From a virus (lineage: Duplodnaviria; Caudoviricetes): a stretch of DNA of 64,000 bases. The notes under the pieces were generated by a model. It worked only from the letters and a program-made list of their open reading frames with translations. It ran no database searches and was not told the DNA's origin. Where the stretch lies: positions 1 through 64,000 of the IMG/VR virus record IMGVR_UViG_3300037067_006336. One strand, written 5' to 3'. Of the stretch, positions 1-7,289 are shown piece after piece. The position numbers and the translations under genes are program-made. The first letter of the stretch is position 1, and every line of letters begins with the position of its first letter.

Positions 1-2
1 AG

Positions 3-386
3 GTTCCAAACAATGTGTACCCATCGTACGGGGCTGGGTTGTACACGGCCTTTTTATCAAATATGAAAATGGCCAAAGGTTACGGGGATGTTTACCTTGT
101 ACTGAACGCGAAACCATTGAAACCGGTAGTTGTTAACAACGTGAATGAAGCCGAGATTTACCTTCAGGGTCTAGTAACCGATTATTGCAAGAAACACGGC
201 CAACCTAGAAGCCTTTCATACTTCGAGGATAACACCTCTTACGAGGAGGAAATAATGAAGAAAGGTTTCGATGGGATGGTTATAAAGGGAAGGGAAATGG
301 TTAACTTCAAACCAGGAAAGAACGTGAAATACTTCAAAACAGACCAGGAATTGTACGATTACTGGCAAGATTACATAAATGATTAA
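3..386 (+). CDS. C-terminal part of an ADP-ribosyltransferase-like (ART-PolyVal-like) protein, 5'-truncated by window edge
   Basis: Frame is open to the window edge; motifs YGAGLYT...AKGYGDVY...GFDGMVI...EMVNF resemble ART-like domains of phage polyvalent proteins. Confidence 0.45.
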   Translation, partial: VPNNVYPSYGAGLYTAFLSNMKMAKGYGDVYLVLNAKPLKPVVVNNVNEAEIYLQGLVTDYCKKHGQPRSLSYFEDNTSYEEEIMKKGFDGMVIKGREMVNFKPGKNVKYFKTDQELYDYWQDYIND

Positions 387-393
387 AAAGGGG

Positions 394-424
394 AAATGGG
401 GGTATTTGTTAAATACCCCCATTT
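394..424. terminator. Intrinsic terminator between convergent genes
   Basis: Perfect 14-bp inverted repeat AAATGGGGGTATTT-gtt-AAATACCCCCATTT. Confidence 0.8.
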
Positions 425-459
425 ATTAGAATGATGTTAGATAACATCACAACATACCT

Positions 460-630
460 TTATTCCTTATCATTACATGTCATACTTCCTTCATTGGTTC
501 TGTTTTTCAATTCATCCAGCACTTGTGTTAATTCTCGTTGCTTGACAAAATAGTTGATATGAAATAAACTTTTCTCCATCAACCATTGTTCAAGTTCTGT
601 CTTGCGTTCCAGCAATGCTTCATAACTCAT
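460..630 (-). CDS. Small hypothetical protein (56 aa, MSYEALLERK...)
   Basis: Read manually (below ORF-track cutoff); start overlaps the stop of 630..815. Confidence 0.6.
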   Translation of the reverse strand: MSYEALLERKTELEQWLMEKSLFHINYFVKQRELTQVLDELKNRTNEGSMTCNDKE

Positions 631-815
631 TACACGCATATTGTCTCGTGTTTGTGTATGTTTGCACGTAACCTCTCAATCTCTTGTTGGGCTGCTATTT
701 TGGCTTTCTCGAAACTAAGTCTGTTATTGTGCTTACCGTTTTCAACCGCGTTCTCGATTTGTTTCTGGAGAGCCGATATCTCTTCTTGTAGATTTTCAAT
801 CTTCATTTTGGTCAT
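630..815 (-). CDS. Small coiled-coil hypothetical protein
   Basis: ORF track; tight packing with neighbours. Confidence 0.65.
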   Translation of the reverse strand: MTKMKIENLQEEISALQKQIENAVENGKHNNRLSFEKAKIAAQQEIERLRANIHKHETICV

Positions 816-826
816 GTTATCCTTTA

Positions 827-1000
827 TTAAATGCCACGGTATTGTTCCACTAATTTTAAATGTTTTTTCTCGTTTTCCACCTCCCGTAATATGTCGGATG
901 CCTTCAGGAAATCGTTATCAAGCTCAAGTCTATGAGCCTCGTTAACTAGTTTGGATATGCGGACCCTTGTCTCCAGTATCTCATCGTTTACCGTTTTCAT
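827..1000 (-). CDS. Small hypothetical protein (57 aa, MKTVNDEILE...)
   Basis: Read manually; A-rich leader; fills gap. Confidence 0.6.
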   Translation of the reverse strand: MKTVNDEILETRVRISKLVNEAHRLELDNDFLKASDILREVENEKKHLKLVEQYRGI

Positions 1001-1075
1001 TTTTCAAATTTTAAATTTGCTAATTGTTTCCGGGGTTGGGTTGTATTTACCCGGTATGAATATGTTTACGTGCCT

Positions 1076-1089
1076 TATTGCCACCGTTA
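1076..1089. repeat. Right end of att-like element, family A (partial)
   Basis: TATTGCCACCGTTA is identical to 2146-2159. Confidence 0.7.
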
Positions 1090-1098
1090 GCCACAAGT

Positions 1099-1608
1099 TT
1101 AAGACCTGCGTTCATTCAGGCACTCTTCGACCACGTTTGAAACAGCTAATGCCATTTTTGACTTGAATATGGCATCCTGCTTTAATTCGTTTGAAACTTT
1201 ATCAAATAGCCCATCATTATTCGAAATGATATTACGAGCAACTTTATGAGAAAAAGCGTTAATGATTGAGTTTTTAAATTCATCGGTTCTAATTACCGTA
1301 TTGAAACTTTCAGAAATAAGTTGCTTTAAAAATGTCGTATTTTCAGAAACAACAGCTTCTACCAGTTTTTTCAATGGAGAACTGTAATCGGTTAAAACTT
1401 TCTGAATACTTTCATTCATTGCTATTTGAGCTGTTCTCAAAATATCTTGTTCCAACGTAATTGGAACGTGTTTTTTATCTGTTTTGGCATTAATTGTTTC
1501 AACCTGCAATTTCACATCTTCCCGGAACTTTGCATTTTCTGTTCTTAAATCTTGGACAGCTTTAAATAAGTTGTCGATTGTTTGTTGTTCTTTAGTTGTC
1601 ATAATCAT
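1099..1608 (-). CDS. Hypothetical protein (cassette 1)
   Basis: 169-aa ORF, AT-rich codons; stop ~10 nt from the TAAC core. Confidence 0.8.
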   Translation of the reverse strand: MIMTTKEQQTIDNLFKAVQDLRTENAKFREDVKLQVETINAKTDKKHVPITLEQDILRTAQIAMNESIQKVLTDYSSPLKKLVEAVVSENTTFLKQLISESFNTVIRTDEFKNSIINAFSHKVARNIISNNDGLFDKVSNELKQDAIFKSKMALAVSNVVEECLNERRS

Positions 1609-1641
1609 TTAATATTAAGGTGATTAATAAAAACCTGTGGC

Positions 1642-1761
1642 TAAAAGAATTAGATGTTCCTGGTGTTTTAAATGTATACATTAATAATTTATCGCTCATA
1701 ATTATAAAAAATACTTTAGTAATATAAAAATACCCGCAATGTTGCGGGTATTTAAGTGTTA
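1642..1761. repeat. Degenerate att-like element, family B
   Basis: End GCGGGTATTTAAGTGTTA (1744-1761) matches 2556-2573 at 17/18; left core decayed to TAAA; contains hairpin 1728-1753. Confidence 0.6.
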
Positions 1762-1795
1762 TGGGTAAGCATAAAACAGCCTACCCATTTCACAG

Positions 1796-2023
1796 TTAAT
1801 CTGGCATTTTAACTTTTTTGATATTGTCAATTTGCCACTTTTTAAACTCATTAAATCGCTCAACAATACCTTGTAAATGGTTGAAATGACATCCACCATG
1901 TACGCAATCTTTAAAATATCCTGCAATCGCTTCTACACTATGGTAGTCTTTTGCTGTTAAAACAAAGATTGGAATACCTTCGCGTTCTGAATCTTTGATA
2001 ATTTTTTCGTCTTTTGCTGTCAT
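1796..2023 (-). CDS. Hypothetical protein (cassette 2)
   Basis: 75-aa ORF with PIFVLTAKD...KMPD motif seen in small phage proteins. Confidence 0.75.
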   Translation of the reverse strand: MTAKDEKIIKDSEREGIPIFVLTAKDYHSVEAIAGYFKDCVHGGCHFNHLQGIVERFNEFKKWQIDNIKKVKMPD

Positions 2024-2074
2024 TGTTTTAATTTTAAATCGTTAATATATGATTGTTTAATAAATGCCTACCCA

Positions 2075-2159
2075 TAACACACAATATAAAAATTGGATAT
2101 CAGCGTTCGTGGTATTTTGAAAGGTCGGCACAAGCCAACTTTCCATATTGCCACCGTTA
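2075..2159. repeat. attC-like element (85 nt), family A
   Basis: TAAC-aca-CAATAT-aAAAATTGG...CCAACTTT-cc-ATATTG-ccacc-GTTA imperfect hairpin. Confidence 0.7.
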
Positions 2160-2513
2160 TCGGTAATGATTAAAAACGAGCAGCCGAGCCTTTTCTAAGT
2201 ATTCAGCAGCTGATTTTCTGACACCTTCCCTCCATTTATCTGAACGAAGATTAACGATAACTGTCTTTCCTGTGCTTGCTTCGTGCATAGGCATTGCATT
2301 TTTACGAGAATATACAGCTTCTAAAGCTGACTTTGCGAATTGCTCACGGTCATAATGTTCTTCTAAATCAACCTGACCAGCCCACATACCAGCTTCAAAA
2401 GCTAATTGTAAGGCTACGTCAACAATTTGAAGAAAATCACTACCGCTAACACACGCCTCACCCACAATGGTAGGCTGTGTAGGTGTTTGAAGTTGTTGTT
2501 CTCGTGCGTTCAT
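2157..2513 (-). CDS. Hypothetical protein (cassette 3); first 21 codons lie inside the att-like element
   Basis: 118-aa ORF; its stop is the TAA of the TAAC core; V22-S-G-S is encoded by GTTAGCGGTAGT. Confidence 0.75.
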   Translation of the reverse strand: MNAREQQLQTPTQPTIVGEACVSGSDFLQIVDVALQLAFEAGMWAGQVDLEEHYDREQFAKSALEAVYSRKNAMPMHEASTGKTVIVNLRSDKWREGVRKSAAEYLEKARLLVFNHYR

Positions 2514-2573
2514 TTGTGTTATTTTGAAAGTTATTTACTTGTAACCCCACCACTGGCGGGTATTTGAGTGTTA
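2447..2573. repeat. attC-like element (127 nt), family B
   Basis: TAAC...GTTA bounded; 2460-2474 pairs with 2546-2561 (G-T wobbles and one extrahelical C on the - strand). Confidence 0.7.
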
Positions 2574-2582
2574 ACAAACAGC

Positions 2583-2966
2583 TTAATTCGCTGCTTCGAA
2601 AAGTTCTGGGTTCTCGTAAATATTACCAAGAATTTCATATTTGAAATCTTTTAATTCTTGAAAAAGCGAATATGATATTGATTTGTCATTTTTGATACTG
2701 CAATCAAGCATCCACTGACCAAGCATTTCATCAAAATAAACTTGCATTGCGCTTTGAATCATCTTTCCGTCAACTTCTGTCCAATCTCCTATAATATCGC
2801 CATCATATATTTCTTTTTCATTCTTGTCCTTAAAAGGAGAAAGTTGAAGGGGAATTATATCTTCCGTGAAATCCCAATGTAAATGAGCAATATCAATTAA
2901 GGAATGTTCGTATGTCATTTTTTTGGTATGACACAACCAGAATTTAAATTTAATTTCTTGTTTCAT
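2583..2966 (-). CDS. YopX-family protein (cassette 4)
   Basis: EIKFKFW...KDKNEKEIYDGDI...EILGNIYENPELF signature. Confidence 0.9.
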   Translation of the reverse strand: MKQEIKFKFWLCHTKKMTYEHSLIDIAHLHWDFTEDIIPLQLSPFKDKNEKEIYDGDIIGDWTEVDGKMIQSAMQVYFDEMLGQWMLDCSIKNDKSISYSLFQELKDFKYEILGNIYENPELFEAAN

Positions 2967-3008
2967 AATTATTTGATATTTAATTTATTCGTGTAAAAGC
3001 CGATTTGT

Positions 3009-3133
3009 TAACACAGTATAGCGGTCAATAAGTGTTTTCGTGGTATCCTGAAATTTGCAGCCCGTAATAGCATCTTTGTAGCTCGACAGCGACACGCTCC
3101 GCATCCCTTACATGCCTCTATACTCGACCGTTG
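3009..3133. repeat. attC-like element (125 nt)
   Basis: TAAC-ac-AGTATAG...CTATACT-cgacc-GTTG; shares central TCGTGGTAT--TGAAA with the other elements. Confidence 0.65.
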
Positions 3134-3361
3134 TACGCTATTTAACAGACCAGCAGCTAACCCGTGGTATGGTTAATTGCCTTGTTAGTACTAAGTTTAA
3201 GCGTTACCACCCGCTTTTAATTCTGCGGAATTATTAACTAATTGGTTTGTGCCTCTACCATCTTTTCATCAACTTCCTTGAAATCTGCAATGGTGTTGAT
3301 GAAGAAATTTTCCCTATTATACATGATTTTTACTCCTTTCAATTTTGGTTTTAAAATGATG

Positions 3362-3382
3362 GCAGGGGATTCAAGCCCCTGT
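3362..3382 (-). terminator. Probable terminator after 3414..4076
   Basis: GCAGGGG-attcaag-CCCCTGT hairpin. Confidence 0.5.
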
Positions 3383-3413
3383 CATATTGTTTTCCCATTA
3401 ATGTACTTTGATG

Positions 3414-4076
3414 TTACAAGGTCTCGATAGTCTCGGTGATTTCCCTGGCGTTTTCAAGGATGTATGCTTTCAATGCATCCTTGTCATCACCGAATTTTAT
3501 CTTCGCCTCCGTGAATAACAAGATGCTTACACTGTATTTCTTGTTACCTACAAGGACAGGCATTTCCTTGTCCTTTATCTGGGAAGGTCGTGGTTTAAGG
3601 TAGGTTAACACGAAGGTTAACCGTTGGGCGGCTTCCGCCATTAAAAGCAAGTCATCAACTTGTTTTCGAAGCGTACCTTGTATATAGGTATGTTTATCCT
3701 CCTTGCGTTGGATCGCTTCCTCTTTCATCAAGTTTATGCACGTCTCTCGTGCTGCCTTGTTCTCCCAGTGTTTAGCAAGTAGCATTAAACCACCGGATGT
3801 TATGAAACCCTTTATACCAAGTTTCTTCAAACCTTCCTGGATCCTAGGTTCACGCGCAGCATTATACTGTGCCGTGTAGTTTCCTTCAATTGCCTCAAAA
3901 TCGTTATTCTCCAACCACTCGGCGCTGGAGAAATCCTTCCCCGTTAACACTTCCTTTACTTGTTCCAGGTCTGAACCGATAGTTTCAATACCTGGTACTT
4001 GGTTCATTGCTTCGTTCCCTACTTCATTTACATCTTCAAGACCTTGTCCTTCTAGTGTTTTTGCTACTTTTGTCAT
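3414..4076 (-). CDS. Hypothetical protein
   Basis: 220-aa ORF with A-rich leader. Confidence 0.8.
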   Translation of the reverse strand: MTKVAKTLEGQGLEDVNEVGNEAMNQVPGIETIGSDLEQVKEVLTGKDFSSAEWLENNDFEAIEGNYTAQYNAAREPRIQEGLKKLGIKGFITSGGLMLLAKHWENKAARETCINLMKEEAIQRKEDKHTYIQGTLRKQVDDLLLMAEAAQRLTFVLTYLKPRPSQIKDKEMPVLVGNKKYSVSILLFTEAKIKFGDDKDALKAYILENAREITETIETL

Positions 4077-4120
4077 ATGTTTTAATTTTAAATTAGAAAT
4101 ATTTGATGTTCCTTACAATC

Positions 4121-4214
4121 ATTATATCCTGTATTTCATGAAATACCCGTGTCAAGGGTGTATTAAAATTACACCATCTCATGTAATCCTTGCAGTTACT
4201 GTGTTACATGAGAT
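4121..4214. promoter_or_regulatory. Palindrome/hairpin cluster upstream of 3414..4076
   Basis: Perfect palindrome GTATTTCATGAAATAC (4131-4146); inverted repeats 4157-4175 and 4176-4186/4204-4214. Confidence 0.5.
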
Positions 4215-4580
4215 CATGAAATGGCCACCGAACCACCCATGGTATGTTGGTTGACATCATGATATACCTGATATCTATGTGGTTTTATTGATCATGATCT
4301 CATGATATGTATACTGCTTTATTGGTCATGATGTACTAATATCTATATTGTTTGACTGCTCATGATTTACCGATATGCTTGATTGATCATGACGTACTGA
4401 TATGTTTGATTACTCATGATGTACTAATATCTATATTGTTTGATTACTCATGATGTAATGATATGTATACTGCTTGTTAGCTCATGATGTACTGGATATC
4501 CGTATTACTTGATTGATCATGATATGCTGTATATCCGTGTTGCTTGCTTGATCATGATGTACGATATACATGTTTACCAT
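4214..4580. repeat. Degenerate tandem array, unit ~34-35 bp, core TCATGATGTACT
   Basis: TCATGA at 4214, 4257, 4292, 4300, 4326, 4360, 4387, 4414, 4448, 4482, 4517, 4552. Confidence 0.85.
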
Positions 4581-4638
4581 GATAAAATCTAACGTATGAC
4601 ATGGTCTCAAACCATAGATATCGTAACGGTTAATGTTT

Positions 4639-4683
4639 AAAAAGGAAGGGGGAACCCCTGTCATCACGACTGGTCTCCCCCTG
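4639..4683 (-). terminator. Probable intrinsic terminator
   Basis: AGGGGGA...TCCCCCT stem next to an A-tract. Confidence 0.5.
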
Positions 4684-4760
4684 GTTCTAACTTAAATCCT
4701 TGTTGCATATGGCAAACAACAAAGTTCTTTATTTATGTTGTGACTATAACACCGGTGAGA

Positions 4761-4976
4761 TTAAACACTTAAACACTGTGGTAATATTCCTTTATAGTTT
4801 ACAGGTCCATACCCTGCGTCAAACTTTTGGAACAACATGTTAAATATTTGATCCTTTTGCTTTTCCTCATGACTAGGAGTGTCCTTGCAAATAAACGAGC
4901 GTAACCCTCGGTTAATCGCAGCTTCACGAACCCTTTGGGCGTGTGTCCTGCTGTTAGGATCAATGTAAATTTCCAT
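4761..4976 (-). CDS. Hypothetical protein
   Basis: 71-aa ORF. Confidence 0.6.
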   Translation of the reverse strand: MEIYIDPNSRTHAQRVREAAINRGLRSFICKDTPSHEEKQKDQIFNMLFQKFDAGYGPVNYKGILPQCLSV

Positions 4977-4996
4977 GTTATATCCTTTTTAAAACA

Positions 4997-5452
4997 CTAT
5001 TCAGGAATATTTAGCTTGTTAACACCGAAAGTCTTCCTGTAGTTCTCATTTATCTTTACTGACATTATTGCCTCGATGTTCATTTTAATATTCTCATGGT
5101 AAAAAGATGTCCATGTCAATGTATTTAGGTCACATTTACTCGATGGTTTGCATTCCCCACCAACGGTTATCCCGTGTACCTTGAACCCTGCTTTAGAACA
5201 TTTCTTCCTGAAGAAAGTAAACGATTTATGCAACATTTCATCAGTTACGAACATTGTTGGTATCCCCTTCCTGTAGTTAAATTGCCCGATCGCTGTCTTT
5301 TTCAAACCCTCGTGGGGAGAGAACCTTGTCTTGATCCTCGAGTTAAGCGGGAAAGGACACTGATCCTTGTCTACCATGATATTATTAGTAGCTGTTTCAA
5401 CTGTTAACCGGTACAACGGGAACGCTAATATTGCTTTCATCATTATCTTCAA
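4997..5452 (-). CDS. Hypothetical protein
   Basis: ~150-aa ORF; exact start uncertain. Confidence 0.65.
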   Translation of the reverse strand: MKIMMKAILAFPLYRLTVETATNNIMVDKDQCPFPLNSRIKTRFSPHEGLKKTAIGQFNYRKGIPTMFVTDEMLHKSFTFFRKKCSKAGFKVHGITVGGECKPSSKCDLNTLTWTSFYHENIKMNIEAIMSVKINENYRKTFGVNKLNIPE

Positions 5453-5516
5453 TTATTATTTTCATATCCTGTAAAACCTACATACCCATCGTTTCATGTT
5501 GAGGTTGTTTATATAT

Positions 5517-6524
5517 TTATTTCAACGGTCTCACGAACTTGCTCTTCCAACCAGGGGGCATCGGTTCAACCGCTGGTAGGACACCGGCTAGCACACCCAG
5601 GATGTGACATATGACATCGATAGTCCAACCGTTACCCACCATCTTCCTGGCCTGGGTCTCGCTAACACCGGTTCCATTAAAATAATCATCTGGCAATGTT
5701 TGTAACCTGCACAGTTCCTTCAAGGTGTAGTAACGAAACGGTAGTTTTTTCTTGAAAGCATCCGGGTAACGTCCAACAGGTAACGGGGTTAGGACGTTAT
5801 CCTTGTCCACGGTAGTGATGCAGTTACTCTTGTCACTGTTGTCACCCCTAACTTCAAGGCATTGTACCAGTGGTAATGACAGGTCGTTATCATCCCTTAC
5901 CCCACGGTGGTTGAAACGTCTACCCAGTATGGTTGACTTGTTCAAATCCCTCCCGCGTATGGCACCAGGTTTAATGTTCTTCACGACGTGATCTTCCAGT
6001 ATGTCATGTAACTTGATGTTCTTGTCGGGTGGTTGTGTTATCTTGAAATTAGCCCAGTAAAGGCGTTCCCTGTTCTGTGCTGAAACCAGTTTGCTGTTGA
6101 TCAGCACCGGTCTAACACCTAGCAGGCTCGATATTGTTTCCTCTATATCCTTCCCCATGACGACGTTCTCCAGCAACCAGTACCTTGGTTTAACTTCCAT
6201 CAACAACCTTAAGAACTCGAAGAAAAGCTTGCTGCGGGGGTCATCGAAGTTCAGCCTGTTACCGGCCATGGAGAACCCCTGGCACGGTGACCCACCCATC
6301 ATTAGATCGATCCCGGGAAGGTCAGAACACTTTATGTTCCTTACATCACCAAGCTGTACCGTGCCCGGGTAATGGTGCTGCGTTACCTTGATGGAAGCAG
6401 GGTTAACCTCGCTGGCGAAGTACGTCCCGTGTTTGACACCGAGTCTTTCAAGTGCTAACTGGCCACAACTCTTCCCGTCGAACAACGATAACACGTTGCC
6501 GAACTCGAAATTACATTGATCCAT
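5517..6524 (-). CDS. DNA (cytosine-5) methyltransferase
   Basis: VLSLFDG (motif I), GGSPCQGFS (IV), LLENV (VI), QNRERLY (VIII), RLQTLPD, GNGW (X). Confidence 0.95.
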   Translation of the reverse strand: MDQCNFEFGNVLSLFDGKSCGQLALERLGVKHGTYFASEVNPASIKVTQHHYPGTVQLGDVRNIKCSDLPGIDLMMGGSPCQGFSMAGNRLNFDDPRSKLFFEFLRLLMEVKPRYWLLENVVMGKDIEETISSLLGVRPVLINSKLVSAQNRERLYWANFKITQPPDKNIKLHDILEDHVVKNIKPGAIRGRDLNKSTILGRRFNHRGVRDDNDLSLPLVQCLEVRGDNSDKSNCITTVDKDNVLTPLPVGRYPDAFKKKLPFRYYTLKELCRLQTLPDDYFNGTGVSETQARKMVGNGWTIDVICHILGVLAGVLPAVEPMPPGWKSKFVRPLK

Positions 6525-7018
6525 CAGATGAAGTAAACCTTGTAATCATCCGTTATGCCATCCGTGTAATATAATACCACCTTGCCGTTCAACGTGGATA
6601 TAACCGGTAATACCTGCGTGCCATCCGATTTCTTCGAGAAGACGAACATCGAATCAACGTTCCATGAATTGTTGGTAAGGTTGGTTATCTCCACCTGGTA
6701 ATCGTCAACCCGTTTCAAGGAGTACACCATACTGTTGGATGTCTGTTGCTCTACCTCGCCGTTAGCCCACGAGGCCTTCACGGTCAACGTTGACTTGGAA
6801 GTTTGGAGAGTGTTCAACATCGATGATAACAAACCGTTAACGTTCAACACCGAGTTGATGTATGAAACGCTACCCTTTAATTTCCTCAAGTACGCCTGTA
6901 TCTTCACGAAGTTCTTCCCCCCTATGTAAATGTTGCTTGAGACGGCATTCTTTGACTCTATGCCGTCAAGCACGGGGTCAGTGCTTGATAAAAACTGGTC
7001 TAGTTCTGCTTGTGTCAT
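6524..7018 (-). CDS. Hypothetical protein
   Basis: 164-aa ORF, translationally coupled. Confidence 0.75.
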   Translation of the reverse strand: MTQAELDQFLSSTDPVLDGIESKNAVSSNIYIGGKNFVKIQAYLRKLKGSVSYINSVLNVNGLLSSMLNTLQTSKSTLTVKASWANGEVEQQTSNSMVYSLKRVDDYQVEITNLTNNSWNVDSMFVFSKKSDGTQVLPVISTLNGKVVLYYTDGITDDYKVYFI

Positions 7019-7284
7019 GACTTGTAATTTTTCTCGTATGTTGCCTTCAACCTTGACATGTCACCATCGGTTAACTTCTTCCCGGTGACACCTGTGAAGG
7101 ATGAAACCGATGTGATGAAATCAGTCACGTTGGACGTGTTAACAGCGTGCCACCGTAACCCTATCTTGTTGTCCACGTTAACCGTTATGTTTCCCATTAC
7201 CAAACCAGAATCTAACTTGAATTGCAATGATTCGTTCCGGTAAATCTCACCTATTCTCGTGAGTGTCGTATCTTTTTTCCCCAT
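7015..7284 (-). CDS. Hypothetical protein
   Basis: 89-aa ORF, ATGA overlap. Confidence 0.7.
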   Translation of the reverse strand: MGKKDTTLTRIGEIYRNESLQFKLDSGLVMGNITVNVDNKIGLRWHAVNTSNVTDFITSVSSFTGVTGKKLTDGDMSRLKATYEKNYKS

Positions 7285-7289
7285 GATTT

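Larger units (their letters stand above)
1076..3143 (-). mobile_element. Integron-like gene cassette array (4 cassettes, 5 att-like junctions)
   Basis: Each gene unit has complementary ends (1086-1097/1634-1645; 1758-1772/2064-2078; 2156-2168/2438-2450; 2570-2582/2999-3012); units are separated by TAAC...GTT imperfect hairpins. Confidence 0.7.

Noticed and set aside
4121-4155. Canonical sigma-70 promoter TTGACA/TATAAT
   Set aside because: The spacer is 23 nt, not 16-18
4214-4580. CRISPR array (also considered for 62700-63670)
   Set aside because: No conserved repeat with unique spacers; the whole unit is degenerate-repetitive; no cas genes in the window
4482-4667. 61-aa ORF
   Set aside because: Overlaps the repeat array and a terminator hairpin; likely chance
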